Positions 1-10,497 of a DNA stretch of 64,000 bases are shown in pieces. This DNA is from Betaproteobacteria bacterium RIFCSPLOWO2_02_FULL_63_19 (GTDB lineage: Bacteria > Pseudomonadota > Gammaproteobacteria > Burkholderiales > SG8-39), in NCBI GenBank assembly GCA_001770415.1, contig MEQX01000069.1, positions 9,185 through 73,184 on the forward strand, written 5' to 3'. The translations under genes and the position numbers were made by a program. Under the pieces are notes generated by a model. That model saw nothing but the letters and a program-made list of their open reading frames with translations. It was not told the origin of the DNA and did not search any database. Position 1 is the first letter of the stretch, and each line of letters begins with the position of its first letter.

Positions 1-143
1 AGCAGGCCATACAGCGCCATGAGCATGCCTACGGTATATGGCGCGGCGTGAAGCTGAATCGCATACAGTGATACCGTCACCCGACTGCCGAGGTACGCCG
101 ACAGGTTGAGGACGGTAAAAAGAGTCAGCGCGTAGACGGTCAC
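1..143 (-). CDS. MFS transporter, N-terminal part (runs off the window edge)
   Basis: Hand translation from GTG at 143 gives VTVYALTLFTVLNLSAYLGSRVTVSLYAIQLHAAPYTVGMLMALYGL, a typical MFS TM1-TM2. Not in the ORF track; start uncertain. Confidence 0.6.
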   Translation of the reverse strand, partial: MTVYALTLFTVLNLSAYLGSRVTVSLYAIQLHAAPYTVGMLMALYGL

Positions 144-382
144 CGGCGGTAAGCGCCAGAGGGGGCCGCCGGCCTGGCAGCGGCCGGCGGGGGTGAACCG
201 TGTCTATTCACGATCAATCCGGATGCCGTGCGACGGATCATTCGGGCGCCGGGCGCCGGCCGGGACGACGAGACGATTGCAGTGTCCACGAACGCAATGG
301 CGTTAGCGCTTTCCTGCCGCGGAGGCATCGTTCCCGAGGGTTGGCACATACGGACGGCGTACTCCAGCGTCGCCCACACTGC

Positions 383-889
383 CTAAGGGTTGCCCAGATA
401 GTCGCGCTTGCCGATTTCGACACCATTGTGGCGCAGGATGTTGTACGCAGTGGTGACATGAAAATAGAAATGCGGGATTGCGTTGCCGAGCAGATATTGC
501 ATTCCCGTTAACGTGGTGTCCCGGCCGTGGCGCTTGAGTCTGATGTCCTTGTCTTCGGTGCCGTCGATCTGCTCGGGCCTTATCGACTGGACGAATTCGA
601 TCGCCTTGGCGATTCGTGCCTTCAACTCAGGGAATGTTTGTTCGGTGTCTTCGTAAGTGGGGACCTCCACGCCCGCGAGATGCGCGACCGCCGCTACCGC
701 CCGATCGCATGCGATCTGTACTTGTCGCGCCAGCGGGTACATGTCGGGGTACAGCCTGTACGTGGTCAGCGCAGCAGGGTCGATCTTCCTGGATTCGACG
801 TGGGCCTGCGCCTTGTCGAGAATCGTGGAAAGGTTGGTCAAGATGTTGGCGAAGCGCGGCGCGCTTGCCTGATACATTGAAATGTTCAT
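383..889 (-). CDS. DUF1993 family (DinB-like) protein
   Basis: MNISMYQASAP...RLYPDMYPLARQVQIACD...HFYFHVTTAYNILRHNGVEIGKRDYLG signature. Confidence 0.9.
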   Translation of the reverse strand: MNISMYQASAPRFANILTNLSTILDKAQAHVESRKIDPAALTTYRLYPDMYPLARQVQIACDRAVAAVAHLAGVEVPTYEDTEQTFPELKARIAKAIEFVQSIRPEQIDGTEDKDIRLKRHGRDTTLTGMQYLLGNAIPHFYFHVTTAYNILRHNGVEIGKRDYLGNP

Positions 890-1274
890 GGCAAATCCTG
901 GAAGTGGAAAAGAGGTCACCTGGACACGCATATTTTATCGGTTGGCGTGTTGAAACGTGGATTGCGTTCCAATCAGACGCACCGATGGCGATTCCCGTCA
1001 TGGGCGCCTGTCACCATCGGGAATCAACGCGTAAACTGGAATAGCTCCATGAATCCTGGGAGGCTTCCCGCGGGGATCATGTCGGCATAACATCGCCATA
1101 GTGCATGGATTTCGGTACGCCGGGATGCGCGGCATTACCTGGAGCCGCGATCGGCGGTGATAGAGATGACGAGTCCGCCAACGGGTAACGAAGCATGGGG
1201 TACTTGGAAGGCCGGCCTACCCGAACTGATCGGACGGCAGCCGGTTATGTCCTGCAACGCAACGTTGCGCTGAA

Positions 1275-1442
1275 ATGAGAAGGGGAAAGTTCTTGAAACA
1301 CAAAATTGCCAAGGATTACCTCTTGTACGATCAGCGGAGTTATGAATTGGGCTGGTCTAACGGACGTCTGCACGGATTTCTTGAAGCTACCGGCATCGCT
1401 TTGGTGATCGTATTGCTGTGGCGCTTCGTACCGTGGTTCTAG
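1275..1442 (+). CDS. Small membrane protein (55 aa, or 49 aa from TTG at 1293)
   Basis: Hand-translated ORF ...KHKIAKDYLLYDQRSYELGWSNGRLHGFLEATGIALVIVLLWRFVPWF* with a C-terminal hydrophobic helix; purine-rich AAGGGGA upstream of the TTG. Confidence 0.4.
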   Translation: MRRGKFLKHKIAKDYLLYDQRSYELGWSNGRLHGFLEATGIALVIVLLWRFVPWF

Positions 1443-1454
1443 TCGCGGCAGGCC

Positions 1455-1733
1455 TCATTTCCGTACGATAGTGTCGGACCCGCCGCCGCCTATGGTGCGC
1501 TCATAGACACCGTCGCCTGCCTTCTTGTACTTGGTGAGTCCAAGCGCCCTGATCTGGCTATCGCTGGTCGAATATCTTCCTCCAATCGAGACAGCGCTTA
1601 TGACGCGCTCGACGGGCCGGTTGCAGGTCGGGCAGCGCTCCAGCCTGGCTTCGGCGATTCGCTGGTAGGCCTCGAAGCGTCCGGGGCACCTGTCACAGTG
1701 GCCGGATGCAGGCGCATATTCATAGAGGGGCAT
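1455..1733 (-). CDS. FmdB family zinc-ribbon protein
   Basis: MPLYEY...CDRC...FE...CPTC...VERVIS motif. Confidence 0.85.
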   Translation of the reverse strand: MPLYEYAPASGHCDRCPGRFEAYQRIAEARLERCPTCNRPVERVISAVSIGGRYSTSDSQIRALGLTKYKKAGDGVYERTIGGGGSDTIVRK

Positions 1734-2218
1734 GCAGCAAATCTCCAAGAATCCGCGTTTGGGCCCTTGGCCAGCGCCAGGTTTGTCGATCTGTCCTGGT
1801 GATTATCGGCTGTTGCTTGAATGTCTTTTTATATCACGGCTCGTCGAGCTTCGCTTGGTCTGGCGTTCGTGTCGTTGGCGAGACGCTCGCAGGCGCAGTG
1901 TTGAGCGACACAGGTTCCGGCAAGCGCACCGCGCGTGATCCACATCACAGCCTTGCACTGCCGTGAGTGCAGACTACACGCTTCTTTCGGAGGGGGCGTC
2001 AATACCGATCAGCGCAGTTCCAATGCTTTCGCAAGTCCTTTGACCTGCCGTGACTGCGCTACCCTCGCATCTACGTTTACGATTTAATGACGCAATGTTC
2101 GGCGGGACGGCAACGTACGAAGTCCGTTTGTATGCGGCCCCAGCAACAGCTGCATGCGACCGGTATCGGGCGCGCTGCTCCGTCTTTATTGACCGTTAAT
2201 TTATTGGAGGGAGAAACC

Positions 2219-3199
2219 ATGAAGCGTATCCTCAATGTTCTCTTGTCGGCCACCCTGCTTTCAGGGTTCGGCTTGATCAGCGAGGCCTTCGCGGCGTCCA
2301 AATTTCCCGTCAAACCGATCAGTCTCTACGTGGGGTTTGCGCCTGGAGGGTCCACCGATACGATAGCGCGGGGCCTGGTGGATGCGGCTGGGGAGGAACT
2401 GGGGGGAAAGGTTCTCGTCGTCAACAAACCGGGCGCCGGAGGTGCGGTCGCCGCAGCCCTGGTCGCCAAGGCGAAGGGGGATGGCTACACGTTGCAGATT
2501 TCCCCGGATACGCCGCTTACGAGGGCGCCTCATCTGAGAAAGCTGGCGTTCGATCCGATGAAGGACTTTACGTTCATTTCTCGGGTGGCGGTATGGAAAA
2601 ATGGCTACGTGGTTCTGGAAGACAGCCAATTCAAGACCTGGAAAGACGTTGTTCAATGGGCGAAAGCCAATCCCGGCCAGCTAAAGGTCGGTACACCTGG
2701 CGCCGGAACGACCCCCGACATACTGATGGCCGTAATTGCCAAGCGCGACGGCTTCACTTACCGCAGCACGCCTTTCAAGGGCGATTCCCCAAATATGGCT
2801 GCGTTGCTGGGCGGGCACATAACAGTTGCAGGTTCGGGATTGGGCGCCTGGTCCAAGTATGTAAAGGCCAAGAAGATGAGACTCATCATGGTGGAAGATG
2901 GCGTTACCGGGTTCGCCGATGCGCCGGATTACAAGAGTCTTGGTTATGACGTGTCCTCGCCCACGGCGGCCATCATATTTGGTCCAAAGGGAATTCCTAC
3001 GGAAATCGTGAACAAGCTGGGTGAAGCATTTGCAGCCGCAGCCAAGTCGGCGGCTTTCAAGACCGTATCTGATGCAATGGAATTGTCGGAAGTCAACAAT
3101 CCTCTATACGGTAAGGCGCTCGACACGTACGTGAGAAAAAATTACAACCTGTACAAGAAATACGTCGACGAAGGCGGGCTCGCGAAAAAGAAGAAGTAG
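2219..3199 (+). CDS. tctC: Tripartite tricarboxylate transporter substrate-binding protein (TctC/Bug)
   Basis: Signal peptide; FP.KPI.LYVGFAPGGSTD, NKPGAGG, PFKG...LLGGH motifs; GGAGG RBS. Confidence 0.92.
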   Translation: MKRILNVLLSATLLSGFGLISEAFAASKFPVKPISLYVGFAPGGSTDTIARGLVDAAGEELGGKVLVVNKPGAGGAVAAALVAKAKGDGYTLQISPDTPLTRAPHLRKLAFDPMKDFTFISRVAVWKNGYVVLEDSQFKTWKDVVQWAKANPGQLKVGTPGAGTTPDILMAVIAKRDGFTYRSTPFKGDSPNMAALLGGHITVAGSGLGAWSKYVKAKKMRLIMVEDGVTGFADAPDYKSLGYDVSSPTAAIIFGPKGIPTEIVNKLGEAFAAAAKSAAFKTVSDAMELSEVNNPLYGKALDTYVRKNYNLYKKYVDEGGLAKKKK

Positions 3200-3231
3200 A
3201 GGATGCCGGAAGGAGACTCGCCGGTTGACTT

Positions 3232-3267
3232 TCCAGGGTGTTCAGAAGGCTGAGTGAACACCCTGGA
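3232..3267 (+). other. Intercistronic stem-loop (13-bp perfect stem) between tctC and tctB
   Basis: TCCAGGGTGTTCA-N10-TGAACACCCTGGA, no U-tract. Confidence 0.7.
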
Positions 3268-3302
3268 CCATGGGTTTCCGCATTGCAGACGCGCGCATAT
3301 TC

Positions 3303-3776
3303 ATGAAACTGAATTCGGTTAAGCAGGACTTCTGGATCGCGGTCCTTCTGTTGTCTCTATGCCTGTCGGCGTATTTTTTCGTCATTCCGGCACAAGTCCA
3401 GGGTGAAATTCAGAGAGGAATGCCGCCCACCTTCTTCCCGAATCTTTCGGTGGTCTGGATCGGAGTTTTCAGTGTTCTGCTGCTCGTCCGGAGCTTTGTT
3501 CCCCAGACCGAGGCGGCGCAGGAATCGCGGGCGGATCGCAGATCGGGCCGTAATGGGGCGATGTTCACGATCGCCGCGGGCATTGCCTATCTGGTCTTGT
3601 GTTCGTTGTTCAGTTTTGTGATTTCGACGGTAGTGATCCTGGCCATTTTGATGTGGGCGCTGGGGGAGCGTCGCTGGCATTTCATCGTGAGCGCCACGCT
3701 CGTGACGACCTTGGGAATCTATGTCGTGTTCGATTGGTTGATGAGCGTCCAGTTTCCTGAAGGAATGTTGTTCTGA
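3303..3776 (+). CDS. tctB: TctB family small permease
   Basis: About 4 TM helices, P.FFP motif, C-terminal FPEG; lies between tctC and tctA (alternative start 3270). Confidence 0.88.
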   Translation: MKLNSVKQDFWIAVLLLSLCLSAYFFVIPAQVQGEIQRGMPPTFFPNLSVVWIGVFSVLLLVRSFVPQTEAAQESRADRRSGRNGAMFTIAAGIAYLVLCSLFSFVISTVVILAILMWALGERRWHFIVSATLVTTLGIYVVFDWLMSVQFPEGMLF

Positions 3777-3800
3777 ACCTGGTTATTTCTGGTGCCGGGA

Positions 3801-5318
3801 ATGTGGGAAAACCTTCTTAACGGGTTCCAGACCTGTCTGGATCCCGTAACGCTCGCATTGATCGTAGCGGGTGTCACGATTGGCGTGGTCGTGGGTGCCA
3901 TCCCCGGACTCACCGGCGCCATGGCGATTGCGCTGATCATCCCATTCACGTTCACGATGGACGCAGTCAATTCGATAAGCGTCCTGCTGGCCATTTATTG
4001 CGGCGGGATATACGGAGGTTCCATCACCGCTATTCTCATTCGAGCTCCCGGCAGCCCGGCCTCCGCGGCGACCGTATTTGACGGCTACGAGCTCGCCAAG
4101 CAGGGCAAGGCCGGCAAGGCCTTGAAGATGGCCATCAATGCATCGGTCATCGGCAATTACATCAGCGTATTGCTTTTGATCTTCGTCGCACCTCAGATTG
4201 CCGAACTGGCACTGAAGCTCGGGCCGACGGAAATCGCAAGCCTAATCATTTTTTCGTTGACCATCATCGCCTATGTCTCGGGCGCGTCCATTCTCCGCGG
4301 ACTGATTTCCGCTGGAATAGGCCTGTTCTTCTGTACGATCGGAATCGATCCGATTACCGCGACGCCACGTCTGGCGTTCGGGGTGCCGGAGCTGGAACGG
4401 GGAATTTCGCTCATCCCGATGTCGATCGGGCTGTTTGCCGTATCGGAGGTTTTCAAACAGGGAGAGAAAGCCTTTCAGGCGAAATTGATCGGGCGCGAGG
4501 CGACCCCGGTTCTGCCCAAGGCCGTGAACCCGGATGATGACAAGGTGACGATGAAGGAAATGTGGGCGTCCATGAGGACCATTATTCAGTCGGGATTGAT
4601 CGGTTCGTTCCTGGGGGCTGTTCCGGGAGTGGGTTCTCCGATTGCGTCGTTCATGGGCTATGGTCTCGGGAAACGGTTCTCGAAACACCCCGAGAAATAC
4701 GGCACCGGCTATGTCGAAGGCGTAGCGGCTTCGGAATCGGCCAATAACGGCGTCGTGGGAGCAAGCCTGATTCCGCTGCTTACGCTGGGGATCCCGGGCG
4801 ATTTGCCTACGGCAATCTTGCTGGGTGCGTTCCTGCTGCACGGGCTGATCCCGGGACCGTTGCTGTTTCAGGAACATCCCGGTGAAGTCTATTCGCTGTT
4901 CGCCGCCTTCCTGATCTCCGTCACCGCGCTGTATTTCGTTGCGAGGCAGGTGATCAAGGTGGCGCACGTCTTCACTTCGATTCCCAGGGCCGTGCTGTTT
5001 CCGGTCGTGCTTGTATTCTGCTTCATCGGAAGCTATGCGATCAACAGCAGCATGCTCGACGTCTGGGTGATGCTTCTCTTCGGGATTCTTGGGTATCTTC
5101 TAGAAAAATACGGCTTTGCGCTTGCTCCGCTGCTGATCGCCTTCCTGTTGGGCCCGATATTGGAGAGCAGCTTAAGGCAATCGATCATTCTGACCGGCGG
5201 CAGCATCGAGGAGTCGTTTACTTCGCCGGTGTCGCTGGTCTTGCTCATCTTGACCCTGATCGTCATTATCCAAGTCACCTATCGGGGATTCAAGGAGATA
5301 AGAAGACAGGCGCGATAG
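3801..5318 (+). CDS. tctA: TctA family large permease
   Basis: GAIPGLTGAMAIAL, YGGSITAILI..PG.PAS, EGVAASESANN, PLLTLGIPGD motifs. Confidence 0.95.
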   Translation: MWENLLNGFQTCLDPVTLALIVAGVTIGVVVGAIPGLTGAMAIALIIPFTFTMDAVNSISVLLAIYCGGIYGGSITAILIRAPGSPASAATVFDGYELAKQGKAGKALKMAINASVIGNYISVLLLIFVAPQIAELALKLGPTEIASLIIFSLTIIAYVSGASILRGLISAGIGLFFCTIGIDPITATPRLAFGVPELERGISLIPMSIGLFAVSEVFKQGEKAFQAKLIGREATPVLPKAVNPDDDKVTMKEMWASMRTIIQSGLIGSFLGAVPGVGSPIASFMGYGLGKRFSKHPEKYGTGYVEGVAASESANNGVVGASLIPLLTLGIPGDLPTAILLGAFLLHGLIPGPLLFQEHPGEVYSLFAAFLISVTALYFVARQVIKVAHVFTSIPRAVLFPVVLVFCFIGSYAINSSMLDVWVMLLFGILGYLLEKYGFALAPLLIAFLLGPILESSLRQSIILTGGSIEESFTSPVSLVLLILTLIVIIQVTYRGFKEIRRQAR

Positions 5319-5438
5319 GAAACGGCCGGCCGGGCGATCGAGTACCGTTCCCGGCTGCGCAGGGGCTGCCGTTGGCGGGTGGACTTGCACCAGACCCTTC
5401 GCCCCCGCCTGGGGTCCCCGGAGTCTGCCGTACGGCGA

Positions 5439-6395
5439 TCAATCGAAGGGGTAGACGCCCGGCTCTGGTTCGTACGCGTGCTCGATGCCGTGCACCCCTG
5501 AACGCAGCATCGCCTCCCAGGATTCGAGCGTTGTCGCCCCGATATGCGGTGATCCGAAGAAGTTCGGCAGCCTGAGCAACGGATTACCGTTTGCCGGTTC
5601 GATGTTGAACACATCGAACGCCGCACCCGCGATGGCGCCGGAATTCAGTCGCGCGGCGAGGGCTGCCTCGTCCACCATTCCGCCGCGCGCGCAGTTCACG
5701 AGGATCATGCCGGGTTTGAGCTTTGCGAGCACTTCGTCGGAATACATCCCTATGGTCGTCGCGTTCTTGGAGAGATGGATGGTCAGCACGTCTGAGCGCG
5801 CCCACAAAGTCTCGGCATCGACCTTTTCGACGTTGTCGAACTGCCGGTAGAAATCAGAGAAATCAACCCGATCGCAGGCGAGGATCCGTACGCCGTAAGG
5901 CTGCAACAGCTTTACCACTTCCTTGCCGATGTGCCCCACGCCGTGGACCCCGACAGTGCGGCCGCGCAGGTCGCCGCCGAAACCTATCGGCCCCTTCCAT
6001 TCGCCGCGCGCAAGAACCGAGGAGAAAAGCTGGAGCCTTCGAAGCGCAAACACCATGTAGCAGACCGCCAGTTCCGAAACCGAGATCCTGTTGATACCGG
6101 GAACCCACCACATTCTGATGCCGTGCTTCCTCAACACGGCCGGGTCGATGTGGTCGACCCCGGCCGAGCATAGCGATACAACCTTAAGATCCGGCAGAGC
6201 ATTGCACACGTCTTCGGTAAATCGGTTGAGCCCGATCACCGCGGTATCACAGCCCTTCACGAAATCGATCAGCGCCTCGCCCTGCAGCATTGGGCCGGGC
6301 CGCACGAACCGCGCACCAGGGTATTTTGCAGCCAGTTCGGACTTAAGACCGGGAAAGAAATCGAAATAGGGCAGTGTAACGGCGAGTTTGGTCAT
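5439..6395 (-). CDS. D-isomer-specific 2-hydroxyacid dehydrogenase (SerA-like)
   Basis: GVHGVGHIG, LVNCARGGMVDE, AAFDVF..EP, SPHIGATT. Confidence 0.9.
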   Translation of the reverse strand: MTKLAVTLPYFDFFPGLKSELAAKYPGARFVRPGPMLQGEALIDFVKGCDTAVIGLNRFTEDVCNALPDLKVVSLCSAGVDHIDPAVLRKHGIRMWWVPGINRISVSELAVCYMVFALRRLQLFSSVLARGEWKGPIGFGGDLRGRTVGVHGVGHIGKEVVKLLQPYGVRILACDRVDFSDFYRQFDNVEKVDAETLWARSDVLTIHLSKNATTIGMYSDEVLAKLKPGMILVNCARGGMVDEAALAARLNSGAIAGAAFDVFNIEPANGNPLLRLPNFFGSPHIGATTLESWEAMLRSGVHGIEHAYEPEPGVYPFD

Positions 6396-6571
6396 TACGC
6401 GTTTCTCCGATTCATGTTCCTCTATTGAAGCATAATGCCGAATCAGAATGCGCTGTGTGGACCAGAGGGCCGCGCAACGGAAACGAAGCTGCGGAACGCT
6501 GGAGCAATATTTGGACCAACGAATACAGCGCTTGCAGAACATTTCAGAACCGAGGAACAAGGGTCGTCGCC

Positions 6572-7648
6572 ATGCTGATTCTGACCAATGAGGATATCGA
6601 GACGCTGATCGACATGCCGGCGTGCGTGGCGACGCTTGAGGCCGCGTACCGCGATTTCGGGACAGGGGAAGCGGTGGACATTCCGCGTCAGGACGGCTTG
6701 GTGGCGAATTCGCGGCCGGGTGCGGTGCATGCTTTCAAGACCATGTCGGGAAGCTGGCCGCGGGCGGGAATCGCTGCGCTGCGCCTTAATTCCGATATCG
6801 TGCACTGGCCTGTCGTGGGGGACTCGCCGAGGCGGGTCAAGATTCCATGCTCAGCAGGCGCGCGCTATAACGGCATGGTGCTGCTGTTTTCGACCGACAC
6901 GGGGCAGCTTCTGTGCACGTTCAATGACGGCTTGGCGCAAAAGACAAGGGTTGGCGCGTCGAGTGGCGTGGCGGCCAAATACCTGGCGCGCGAAGATGCG
7001 CGAATTTTGGGGCTCCTTGGTACAGGCTGGCAGGCCGAGGCGCAAGTGGAAGCGATGTGCGCGGTGCGCCGATTCGATTTGGTGAAGGTCTACAGTCCGA
7101 CGGCTGCAAACCGCGAAAAGTTCGCCGCGATGTTCGCCAGAAAGTTGGGCACCGACATTCGCCCGGTTGCCACTGCCGCGGAGGCGGCCCATGGCGCCGA
7201 CATCCTGGTTTCGGCCACCAATTCCATGACGCCCACGATCAAACCAGAGTACCTACGTCCAGGCATGCATATCACCAGCGTCCGCGGTAGCGAGATTCCG
7301 CTCGAGGTGCTGCGCAGGGTGGACCGGCTGGTGGTCAACACCCACGCGCCGGTAAGCGCTTTCCCCGCTCGAGGCTGGCCTTCCGAGGTACCGGAATTCA
7401 CCAATGGCGATTACAGCCGTCCGGACATCGGCCTCATCGCGTATGAAAAGGTGCCCGAGCTCAAGGACGTGGTTGCCCGGACCGTACCAGCGCGGGTGAG
7501 CCCGCAGGAAATCACCTGTTTTCACAACTACAAAGGGTTGGGCCTTCAGTTTGCAGCGATTGGCAGCCTGATTTACGCGTCCGCTCGCAAACGCGGATTG
7601 GGGATCACGGTCGAGGATCGCTACTTCACTCAAACCGTCCATCCGTGA
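6572..7648 (+). CDS. Ornithine cyclodeaminase / mu-crystallin family protein
   Basis: MLILTNEDI, RVGASSGVAAKYLAREDA, GTGWQA, GLGLQFAA. Confidence 0.9.
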   Translation: MLILTNEDIETLIDMPACVATLEAAYRDFGTGEAVDIPRQDGLVANSRPGAVHAFKTMSGSWPRAGIAALRLNSDIVHWPVVGDSPRRVKIPCSAGARYNGMVLLFSTDTGQLLCTFNDGLAQKTRVGASSGVAAKYLAREDARILGLLGTGWQAEAQVEAMCAVRRFDLVKVYSPTAANREKFAAMFARKLGTDIRPVATAAEAAHGADILVSATNSMTPTIKPEYLRPGMHITSVRGSEIPLEVLRRVDRLVVNTHAPVSAFPARGWPSEVPEFTNGDYSRPDIGLIAYEKVPELKDVVARTVPARVSPQEITCFHNYKGLGLQFAAIGSLIYASARKRGLGITVEDRYFTQTVHP

Positions 7649-7755
7649 CGAACGGCCGGACCTCGACGATCGTGGGTAGGCCGATTTACGAGTAGAATAT
7701 GATACTATTATGATATTATTATCAATATTATATTTCATATATCTAAAGTGTAATA

Positions 7756-8454
7756 TCAAGTATAACCCGGACCTTGGCCACGTGCTTCCCTGACTCGAAT
7801 TGCCTGCACCCTGACGCGCGCGAGGCCTTTTCTGTAAAACCCGAGCCGCCTGGCAGCGCCCATGGACAGATCGATGATCCGTTGTCCCGACTTGGCATTG
7901 TGTACGCTTGGGAAGGGCCCCCGGTCGTTTACCCTCACGATGATTGACTTCCCGTTTTCCAGGCTCGTGACCTGCACGAACATCGGAATCGGCAGGTGCT
8001 TGTGTGCCGCGGAAAGCCCGTCCGGATTGAACGCCTCGCCGTTTGCAGTCATCCTGCCACTCTCGTCGCCATACCACGACGCCAGACCCTCTTCCCGGTA
8101 TTCCTTCGCCTTCGCGGGCGATATAGGAACGTAACGAATTCCCCCGACCACGTAGGCTGACGATTTCACTCTGCCCCTGCGGATCGCCTCCCTGACCGGA
8201 AGGCCGTCGACGCTCTGGATTTCTTCGTGGGTCAATGCCCACTCGATGGGTGCTTTGACGACCTCATAGGTGAACTCGCCGATCCTGTAAATGGTTGTCG
8301 CCGTGCCCTTGGCGACGGCATAGGTTGTCGTGACGACCCATACGCCGCCCTCCACCATGTTCTTTGCGGCGCGATAGGGAGCGGTGATCGCGGCACAGCC
8401 CGCGGCAAACGATATGACTGCCGCACAGACCAGAGCCGCCATGGGTCTGAGCAT
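7756..8454 (-). CDS. rlpA: RlpA family (DPBB) lytic transglycosylase lipoprotein, no SPOR domain
   Basis: Lipobox FAAGC; EEGLASWYG, TANGE, AAHKHLP, VRVNDRGP, RIIDLS. Confidence 0.88.
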   Translation of the reverse strand: MLRPMAALVCAAVISFAAGCAAITAPYRAAKNMVEGGVWVVTTTYAVAKGTATTIYRIGEFTYEVVKAPIEWALTHEEIQSVDGLPVREAIRRGRVKSSAYVVGGIRYVPISPAKAKEYREEGLASWYGDESGRMTANGEAFNPDGLSAAHKHLPIPMFVQVTSLENGKSIIVRVNDRGPFPSVHNAKSGQRIIDLSMGAARRLGFYRKGLARVRVQAIRVREARGQGPGYT

Positions 8455-8657
8455 GCCTTCTCGTCGGGTCACCGCATCCGCTGTGCCGCCGAGAACCGCG
8501 GCGCGCAAATGGGAAGCGACTCGCACAAGCCGCTTTGCAGGCGAACAGACATCATATCCGGTGGGATCCCGCGTCTTGGCCGCCTTCGTCTTGATCATCC
8601 GTGCGCAATTCTTATGCAATTTGAGCTATGCTTTTACCATTCCGCTGACGAGGTCAA

Positions 8658-9032
8658 ATGCCGAGAATTCTGGTCATCGACGACGACCCGACCATGCGGC
8701 AGCTGCTGCGCATGCATCTTGGCGCGCTGCACCATTCGGTCGACCTCGCGGCGGACGCCTCGGAAGCAATACGTTCCATATTGGTGAAGACCCCGGACCT
8801 CATTATTTCCGATCTGAACATGCCGTACATGAACGGATTGGAGCTGTTGCATGCCTTGCGTGGCGACGAAATTACCAAGAACGTGCCGGTCATCATGCTC
8901 ACCGGATCTACAAGTGACGAGAACTGGATGGAAGCGATGAAGCTGGGCGTGACTCGTTACGTCATAAAACCCGTGCAGCTGGAAGACTTGATAAAAGAAA
9001 TAGATCTGGCGCTGAAGCGCCCGGCCAGGTAA
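8658..9032 (+). CDS. Single-domain response regulator (CheY-like)
   Basis: ILVIDDD, PDLIISDLNMP, PVIMLTG, KP. Confidence 0.92.
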   Translation: MPRILVIDDDPTMRQLLRMHLGALHHSVDLAADASEAIRSILVKTPDLIISDLNMPYMNGLELLHALRGDEITKNVPVIMLTGSTSDENWMEAMKLGVTRYVIKPVQLEDLIKEIDLALKRPAR

Positions 9033-9174
9033 TCCGCGCTGGCGGTACCGACATCGCAGAAGAGGCGATATGTGCGCGGTTCCGCATCAATTCCGCTCGG
9101 CGCCCCACTCCCGCGGCCAGGCGGTACGCTTCAGGATCGTTTGCCCGGGCATCCCGCCCCCTCGGCTCGACCCG

Positions 9175-10332
9175 CTATTCCCGCGCCAATTCGCGTGACG
9201 GGGCAGGGCTCCGCCGGCCCATGGTCGCATGCGTCGGCGACGCCATTGACTCGCCCGTTTCATGCCGGGCGCAGTAGACCTTGTAGGCTAGCATCGTAAT
9301 CAAGAACAACAGCAGCGCAGCGCCGCCGTTGTGTGCCACGGCGAGCAGCAACGGCCAATGAAGCAGGACCAGAGAAATACCTGCGGTGAATTGCAGTGCG
9401 GTCACGCTCAACAGCCAATAGGCGGTTCGTTGCAATCCTTTGGTGTTCAAGGCCCGCAGCGCGACCCAAGTGATATACACGGCCACGATAATGGCGCCCA
9501 CACGGTGCGTCCAGTGGATCGCGACCAAAGCCTCGTGGGGAATCGGCTTGCCATCCGCGGTCATATGCAAATTTCGCCAGAGTGTAAATCCATTGGAAAA
9601 ATCCATACTCGGGAAAGCGGATCCGACGCACAGCGGCAGGTCTGGGCACGCCCAGGCGGCGTAGTTGCTGCTGACCCAGCCGCCCAGCGCAATCAGAGTC
9701 ACCAGCAGTGCGAGCGCCACGACCACTGGAATGCGCAGCGTAGCGGCCGAAGGTTCGACGGGCGGATGGTCGGTCTGCCGTGCACCGAGCCAGGTCAACA
9801 GCGCCAGCAGTGCCATACCTAACATAAGGTGAGTGGTGACGATGAACGGGTGCAATAACATCGTCACTGTCCATGCACCGAATGCCCCCTGCAGGCAGAC
9901 GAATACGAACAGCGCCGTGGGAAACGCCGGCAGGAATTTCCTGTTGCGTCCTCGTGACTTGATCCACCTGTGCCAAGCGATAAGCATCAGCGCAGTGATC
10001 AGAACGCCGATCCCGATCGCAAAATAGCGATGAATCATTTCAATCCACGCTTTAAATACCGTCACGGGGCCATGCGGATCTGCCCGCTCGGCAGCGGAAA
10101 TGTCGGCGTGCGCCTCGATCGGAGTGGATCGACTGTAACAACCGGGCCAGTCGGGGCAGCCAAGTCCTGAATCGGTGAGCCGCGTGAATGCGCCGAACAT
10201 GATCAGATCAAAGGTGAGAAAAAGCGTGATCCATACCAACTTGCGGTACTTGTCGGGATTGTCGGACACCCACACCATCGTCAGGGGTAACAACGCGATA
10301 AGTAGGCCATACGACGCAAGCTTGATTAACAT
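9175..10332 (-). CDS. ctaA: Heme A synthase (COX15/CtaA family)
   Basis: [47 protein letters not shown]. Confidence 0.93.
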   Translation of the reverse strand: MLIKLASYGLLIALLPLTMVWVSDNPDKYRKLVWITLFLTFDLIMFGAFTRLTDSGLGCPDWPGCYSRSTPIEAHADISAAERADPHGPVTVFKAWIEMIHRYFAIGIGVLITALMLIAWHRWIKSRGRNRKFLPAFPTALFVFVCLQGAFGAWTVTMLLHPFIVTTHLMLGMALLALLTWLGARQTDHPPVEPSAATLRIPVVVALALLVTLIALGGWVSSNYAAWACPDLPLCVGSAFPSMDFSNGFTLWRNLHMTADGKPIPHEALVAIHWTHRVGAIIVAVYITWVALRALNTKGLQRTAYWLLSVTALQFTAGISLVLLHWPLLLAVAHNGGAALLLFLITMLAYKVYCARHETGESMASPTHATMGRRSPAPSRELARE

Positions 10333-10497
10333 GACGGGTGTCCCGGCTCCGAACCTGACGCGAGCAAGAGAATAGCTCGAAGCGCCTCGACGCGCACATT
10401 CAAATAATTTGTGCCGAGAACACGCTCAAGATGGCCGCGGCACGCGGAGGGGCCTTGCGCTACCATGTGCTGCGAATCAACGAGAAGGAGACTAGCC

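Noticed and set aside
7690-7760. dif site or replication origin
   Set aside because: No match to XerC/XerD arms, and no DnaA boxes or rep gene nearby.
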